64,000 nucleotides of DNA from an uncultured Gemmatimonadales bacterium (GTDB lineage: Bacteria; Gemmatimonadota; Gemmatimonadetes; Longimicrobiales; Gaopeijiaceae): contig CAWELD010000010.1 in assembly GCA_963809895.1 (NCBI GenBank), positions 384,001 through 448,000 of the forward strand. The letters are read 5' to 3'. The notes below the pieces were generated by a model, which worked only from the letters and a program-made list of their open reading frames with translations, made no database searches and had not been told where the DNA came from. Positions 59,308 to 64,000 of this stretch are shown here, piece by piece. The stretch's first letter is position 1. The number at the start of each line of letters is the position of its first letter. The position numbers were made by a program, and so were the translations under genes.

Positions 59308-60294
59308 TCAGACCTCCACCTCCTGCTGCGCCTCTTCGCCCTGCCACGCGCCCATGGCTTCGTACTTGGCCCAGCGCCGGCGAAGCAATTCGTCCTCGTC
59401 CAACTCGTCCAGTTCCCCCAGATGGCGCAGCAGGGCATCGCGCAGCCGCGCCGCGGTGGTGTCGTAGTCGGCGTGCGCGCCGCCCGGAGGCTCGGGGATC
59501 ACGTCGTCCGCCACCCCCAGGGCCTTCAGGTTGGCCGAGTTCAGCTTGAGCGCGGCCGCGGCTTTTTCCCGGTGCTCGGCGGAGCGCCACAGGATGGCGG
59601 CGCAGCCCTCGGGCGTGATCACCGAGTAGATGCTGTGTTCCAGCATGAGGATCCGGTCCGTGACACCCAGCGCAAGCGCGCCTCCCGATCCGCCCTCGCC
59701 GATGACCACCGAGACCAGGGGCACGCGCATGCGAGACATCTCCCGCAGGTTCATGGCGATGGCCTCGGCTTGCCCCCGCTCTTCGGCGCCGATGCCCGGA
59801 TACGCGCCAGGGGTGTCGATGAGGGTGATCACCGGCCGCCCGAACTTCTCGGCCATGCGCATGAGGCGGAGCGACTTGCGATACCCCTCGGGGTGGGGCA
59901 TGCCGAAGTTGCGCCGGAGGTTCTCCTTCATGTCACGGCCCTTCTGGTGGCCGATCACCATGACCGAGTGGCCGTCGAGGCGGGCCCAACCCCCGACGAT
60001 GGCCTCGTCGTCACGGAACGCCCGGTCGCCGTGCAGCTCGATCCAGTCGGTGAAGATCCGCTCGATGTAGTCCAGCGTGTAGGGACGGCGCGGATGGCGG
60101 GCCACCTGTACCTGCTCGATGGGACGCAGGTTGCGGTAGGTCTCTTCCTTGAGCGTATCGAGCTTGCCGTGCAGGACCTCGAGCTCGGCAGACACGTCGA
60201 TGCCCTTGTCGTCGGCCAGCTCCAGGAGCTTGGAGATCTGCCCCTGGATCTCGACGATGTCGCGTTCGAAGTCCAGATGCGGAACGGCGGCCAA
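59308..60294 (-). CDS. accA: Acetyl-CoA carboxylase carboxyltransferase alpha subunit
   Basis: 'ARHPRRPYTLDY', 'ELHGDR', 'PEGYRK' and 'GEGGSGGAL'; TTG start with a GGAGG RBS. Confidence 0.97.
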   Translation of the reverse strand: MAAVPHLDFERDIVEIQGQISKLLELADDKGIDVSAELEVLHGKLDTLKEETYRNLRPIEQVQVARHPRRPYTLDYIERIFTDWIELHGDRAFRDDEAIVGGWARLDGHSVMVIGHQKGRDMKENLRRNFGMPHPEGYRKSLRLMRMAEKFGRPVITLIDTPGAYPGIGAEERGQAEAIAMNLREMSRMRVPLVSVVIGEGGSGGALALGVTDRILMLEHSIYSVITPEGCAAILWRSAEHREKAAAALKLNSANLKALGVADDVIPEPPGGAHADYDTTAARLRDALLRHLGELDELDEDELLRRRWAKYEAMGAWQGEEAQQEVEV

Positions 60295-60390
60295 GTGCGC
60301 CTCCCGGTTGGGGGGAACCGATCCGTAACGTAACGGACCGGGGGCCGCGTCGTGAAGGTGGGACCGCAGCCCCGGAGCCGGGTGGCGCCG

Positions 60391-62085
60391 CTACCGGGCC
60401 ACCCTTACCAGGAGGTCGTGATCCGGGTCCACGACGACCTCTGCGGAGGGTGGCACGCCCTGGAATTCCCAGTGCCCGGAGTCGCCGTCCAGCTCCACCT
60501 GCTCCCGGCGCTCGCCACCGTCCCAGCGCAGTCGCAGCACCACCGGCAGACGGAAGCGGGGGGCGTAGCTCTCCTGGATCTCGCGGAGCGTCACGGCGAG
60601 GGAGCCGTCCGCGGCGGAGCCCTTGTGGAGGGCCAGGACCGGGTAGCCGGGCTCGTAGAGCCACTGGTGGAAGAACCAGTCGAGATCGGCGCCCGACACC
60701 TCCTCCATCACGTCCTGGAGATCTTCAGTGAGGGCGGTGCCGTCGCGGTGGCGCGCGTAGTACTCGCGGATGCCGTGGAAGAAGACCTCGTCGCCCACGA
60801 GACGGCGCAGCATGTGGAGCACCCACGCGCCCTTCTGGTAGCTGTTGGCGTTCAGGAGGTCGAACAGGTTCGCAGCCTCGGTGTCCACCACGGGGCGGAG
60901 CGTGTCGGGCGAGCTCAGGTAGCGCTGGGCCGCCGAGGCCATACGCGCGTCCAGGGCGGCGGGGCCGTCGGCGTACTCGAAGAAGAGGGCACCGAAGTAG
61001 GTGGCGAATCCCTCGGAGAGCCACAGGTGGGCCCAGTCCCCCTCGGTGACGGCGTCGCCGAACCACTGGTGCGCCGTCTCGTGGCTCACCGTTCCCTCGA
61101 TGCTTCGGCCCGAGGCCAGGGCCTCCTGATCGTAGAAGATGGCCGAGGAGTTCTCCATGCCGCCGAAACGGGTGGCGGACTGCACGTGCGCCAGCTTCTC
61201 GTAGGGGAACGGACCCACCACGTCGGAGAAGAAATCCACCATCTGGGGAGCCCGGACGAAGGATGCGTTGCCCTTGTCGACATCGGGCTGGAAGAGCCAG
61301 GTGGTGATGTCCACGCAGCCGTCGGTGCGGGGCGAAGCCGGGGCACGGCCGCACGCGGCGGTGCCGAGATCGGTCACGGTCAGGGGGCCGGCGCCCACCA
61401 CCATGGTGTAGGCGGGGATCGGCACGTCGGTGCTCCAGATCCAGGTGCGCCGAGGTCCGTCGGCCGGACCGGGCGCACCCGGCGCCGTGGGAAACGGCTG
61501 TCCGATGCGTCGTCCGTTGGCCACGACGGACCAGGCGGCGGGGGCGTGGACGATGAAGCGCACCGTGGCCTTGTCCGACGGATGGTCCACCGAGGGGAAC
61601 CAGAAGCGTGCGCGGTTGGGCCAGTTGTCGGCGAACACCGTGCGGTCTCCGTGCACGTCCTTGCCCAGGTCGAGGCCGTCGTCGGGCACGCCTCGGTAGG
61701 TCACCAGCACCGGGCGCTGCGCGCCCGCGCCCAGCTCCAGGGGAACGTGCAGGCGGCCCGCGTCGAGCGTCCATCCGCTCACCGGCGCGCCGTCCACCGC
61801 CACGGTGTCCACGGCCAGCCCCGAGAAGTCCAGCGCCAGCTCCGTGACGTCGCGCACGGCTCGCACGGTGAGGGTGGCGCGTCCGCCGATCCAGCTCGCG
61901 TCGCTGCCGAGGCCCAGTTCGAGCTGGTAGTGCAGCACGTCGATGCCGGTGTCGTAGTCCCCCGGCGCCGCGGGCATTCCGGCCTCGATGGGGTCGGGCT
62001 CCTGCCGGGGTGGCGTCTGCTGGGCGTGGAGGGTCGGGGTCTGGAGCGTGGCGACGACGGCGAGGAGGAGGAGTCGACGTGGCAT
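60391..62085 (-). CDS. Secreted M1 family aminopeptidase
   Basis: Signal peptide, 'GGMEN', 'HETAHQWFG...WLSEGFATY' and 'YQKGAWVLHMLR'. Confidence 0.93.
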   Translation of the reverse strand: MPRRLLLLAVVATLQTPTLHAQQTPPRQEPDPIEAGMPAAPGDYDTGIDVLHYQLELGLGSDASWIGGRATLTVRAVRDVTELALDFSGLAVDTVAVDGAPVSGWTLDAGRLHVPLELGAGAQRPVLVTYRGVPDDGLDLGKDVHGDRTVFADNWPNRARFWFPSVDHPSDKATVRFIVHAPAAWSVVANGRRIGQPFPTAPGAPGPADGPRRTWIWSTDVPIPAYTMVVGAGPLTVTDLGTAACGRAPASPRTDGCVDITTWLFQPDVDKGNASFVRAPQMVDFFSDVVGPFPYEKLAHVQSATRFGGMENSSAIFYDQEALASGRSIEGTVSHETAHQWFGDAVTEGDWAHLWLSEGFATYFGALFFEYADGPAALDARMASAAQRYLSSPDTLRPVVDTEAANLFDLLNANSYQKGAWVLHMLRRLVGDEVFFHGIREYYARHRDGTALTEDLQDVMEEVSGADLDWFFHQWLYEPGYPVLALHKGSAADGSLAVTLREIQESYAPRFRLPVVLRLRWDGGERREQVELDGDSGHWEFQGVPPSAEVVVDPDHDLLVRVAR

Positions 62086-63017
62086 CAGGGCAGAGGCTCG
62101 TGCGGGGAGGTCGTGTTCCGAAGCAGTTCGAAGGGCTCGACCTCGTCGAAATCGGCGAAGCGGCCCCAGTAACGGGCATGCGCCAGCGCGAAGTCCCGGG
62201 TCGGCGTGTCGGAGGCGCGCTCGTCGTCCTGCGACTCCAGGCCGTCCAGCTTGGCCGCGAGGTGGGCGCCGATCGCGCGGTACGTCGACGGGCGAAAGTC
62301 CAGCGACGTGGTCGCCGTGGCGTATCCCATGATCGACGGCACCGACTGGAGCGCCGGCCGGAGCCGCTCGAGCAGTCCTCCGCGCTCGGGATGCGTGTCC
62401 CGGGGCGAGGGAAGATACACCACTCGAGGCCGCACGTCGCGAAGGAGCTCCATGGCCTGGCCGAGCGCGTCCACCGGGTCGCCCATGGCGGAGAGCACCA
62501 CGCGATGGACGGCATGCCCCGCGGCCTCGTGGGCCGCCAGCGATCCTCCGCATCCCAGCTCCACGTCGCCGGGCTGCACACCCACGGCCACCACGGCGGC
62601 GGCGCCCTGGTCGACCTCGGCCGATCCCGGCAGGAGCTCCAGCACGGTGGCGTACAGAACGTCCCGATCCAACGGCTTCAGGAGGACGGCGTCGGCGCCG
62701 GCGCGCCGCGCACCGTCGACGTGGGCGGGCGTCTGATAGCCCGTGACGGCAATGACGGCCACCCCGGGCTGCCGCGCCTTGAGCTCCTGGGTCAGGGTGA
62801 ACCCGTCCATGCCCGGAAGGTTGAGGTCGGTGATGAGCAGGTCGAAGCTGTGCGAGGCCGCCAGCTCGAGCGCGTGAATCCCGTCCTGGGCCAGACTCAT
62901 GTCGTAGGGCCCGAGCTGGCGGAGAAGGCGGGACAGGAGGTAGGCCTGATCCGGCGAGTCCTCCACCACCAATACGCGCGCGCCCCCGGGGGCGGCGGGC
63001 CTCGAGGATTCGCTCAA
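62085..63017 (-). CDS. Receiver domain fused to a degenerate PIG-L/LmbE deacetylase-like domain
   Basis: REC: 'VLVVED', 'ITDLNLP', 'VTG' and 'KP'. Output: 'AVGVQPGDVELGCGGSL', 'DTHPER', 'DFRP' and 'ARYWGRF'. TTG start is inferred. Confidence 0.75.
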   Translation of the reverse strand: MSESSRPAAPGGARVLVVEDSPDQAYLLSRLLRQLGPYDMSLAQDGIHALELAASHSFDLLITDLNLPGMDGFTLTQELKARQPGVAVIAVTGYQTPAHVDGARRAGADAVLLKPLDRDVLYATVLELLPGSAEVDQGAAAVVAVGVQPGDVELGCGGSLAAHEAAGHAVHRVVLSAMGDPVDALGQAMELLRDVRPRVVYLPSPRDTHPERGGLLERLRPALQSVPSIMGYATATTSLDFRPSTYRAIGAHLAAKLDGLESQDDERASDTPTRDFALAHARYWGRFADFDEVEPFELLRNTTSPHEPLP

Positions 63018-63104
63018 CGTCGGGTGCCTCGGCGTGCGGGTGTCCTGTAGAGGGCTCTCATGCTTCAAAGATGGGATGTCGGGGCGGGTTCGTGCACGGG
63101 TCTC

Positions 63105-63131
63105 TGCAACCTGGCGTGGCGTGAGCCCGTC
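63105..63131 (+). promoter_or_regulatory. Putative ECF-sigma promoter
   Basis: TGCAAC-N17-CGTC upstream of the DUF4097 gene. Confidence 0.5.
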
Positions 63132-63201
63132 TATGTTCATGGAATACGGAAGCCGGGCTGTCGCCCGGCGACACACGGAGCGTGGTCGGGGAGACGACGA
63201 G

Positions 63202-64000
63202 ATGCGAACGGCGATGGTGGTGCTGGCGGCGATGACCGTGGGGGCGTCCAACGTGGCGGCCCAGGCAGGTTGGAGCCGGAACTCCGGCGGATGTCCGGAG
63301 GGCTGGGGCGGAGGTGATCGGGAGCGGGCGTGCGAGACCCGCACCCGCACGCTGGCGGCGGGCGGGTCGCTGACCGTGGACGGCGGGCGGAACGGCGGCA
63401 TCGGCGTCGAGGGCTGGGATCGAGACGAGGTCAGCGTGACCGCCCGTGTGCAGGCGAACGCCCGCAGCGCATCCAGAGCCGAGGAGTTGGCGGCTGCGGT
63501 TCGCCTCCAGGCCGACGACGGTCACCTGAGCGCCCGCGGACCCGACACGGGTCGCGGGGAGTCGTGGTCGGTCAGCTGGGAGATCCGGGTGCCCCGACAC
63601 CAGGATCTGCGGCTGGAGGCCCACAACGGCGGCATCTCCGTGGTCGGCATCGACGGCCGCGCCGAGCTGCGCACCGTCAACGGGGGCCTGCGACTGGAGG
63701 ATCTGGCGGGCGAGGTCGACGGCCGCACCACCAACGGTGGCGTCCACGTCGTGCTGTCCGGCGCCACCTGGGACGGTCGCGGGATGGACGTGGAGACCAC
63801 CAACGGCGGCATCGAGCTGGTGGTGCCCGACGACTATTCGGCCGAGCTGGAGACGGGCACCGTGAACGGCGGCATCGACCTGGACTTTCCGGTCAGCGTC
63901 CGCGGCCGGCTGAGCCGGATCTTGACGGCCACGTTGGGCGACGGTGGCCCGCCGGTACGCGTGCGCACCACCAACGGCGGCGTGCGGGTGCGGCGGCGCT
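63202..64000 (+). CDS. Secreted DUF4097 beta-strand repeat protein (stop probably just outside the window)
   Basis: Manual translation 'MRTAMVVLAAMTVG...VEGWDRDEV', then repeated 'HNGGI/TVNGGL/TTNGGV/TTNGGI/TVNGGI'. Confidence 0.85.
   Translation, partial: MRTAMVVLAAMTVGASNVAAQAGWSRNSGGCPEGWGGGDRERACETRTRTLAAGGSLTVDGGRNGGIGVEGWDRDEVSVTARVQANARSASRAEELAAAVRLQADDGHLSARGPDTGRGESWSVSWEIRVPRHQDLRLEAHNGGISVVGIDGRAELRTVNGGLRLEDLAGEVDGRTTNGGVHVVLSGATWDGRGMDVETTNGGIELVVPDDYSAELETGTVNGGIDLDFPVSVRGRLSRILTATLGDGGPPVRVRTTNGGVRVRRR

Noticed and set aside
1..64000. CRISPR arrays, tRNA/rRNA genes, IS/integrase, prophage or defence genes
   Set aside because: I saw no regularly spaced repeats, RNA gene signatures or mobile-element motifs by eye. 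tRNAscan and Rfam scans were not run.

Overview
High-GC bacterial chromosomal segment. The gene content and protein style suggest Gemmatimonadota (possibly Longimicrobiales-like); this is inference only. From left to right: (1) the 5' part of a Tad/Flp pilus operon (flp, cpaA, tadE, cpaB, partial cpaC), preceded on the same strand by a sensor kinase, a sigma54 activator and a tandem-domain hypothetical protein; (2) waaA, a rhodanese, a DUF4015-like hydrolase and an ABC exporter; (3) a his operon (hisG-D-C-H-A-B-F-IE) controlled by an unannotated His-rich leader peptide with a complete attenuator; (4) uvrA, a beta-barrel protein, S9/S8/M16/M23/M1 peptidases, a kinase-M23-aminotransferase fusion, glycosyltransferases and gyrA; (5) a TetR-controlled TPR gene, a split/fused XdhC-MocA pair, fadJ, metG, ricT, accA, a receiver-pseudodeacetylase fusion and a DUF4097 protein. 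I saw no rRNA, tRNA, CRISPR array or transposase. About ten small frameshifts, concentrated at 0.7-5.1 kb, look like long-read errors. Most notable: the apparently leaderless His attenuator, the sigma54/IHF/enhancer architecture and Sm/Hfq-like tandem protein linked to the Tad pilus, clustered D-S/T-x motifs resembling the Bacteroidetes O-glycosylation sequon, and several pseudo-enzymes.
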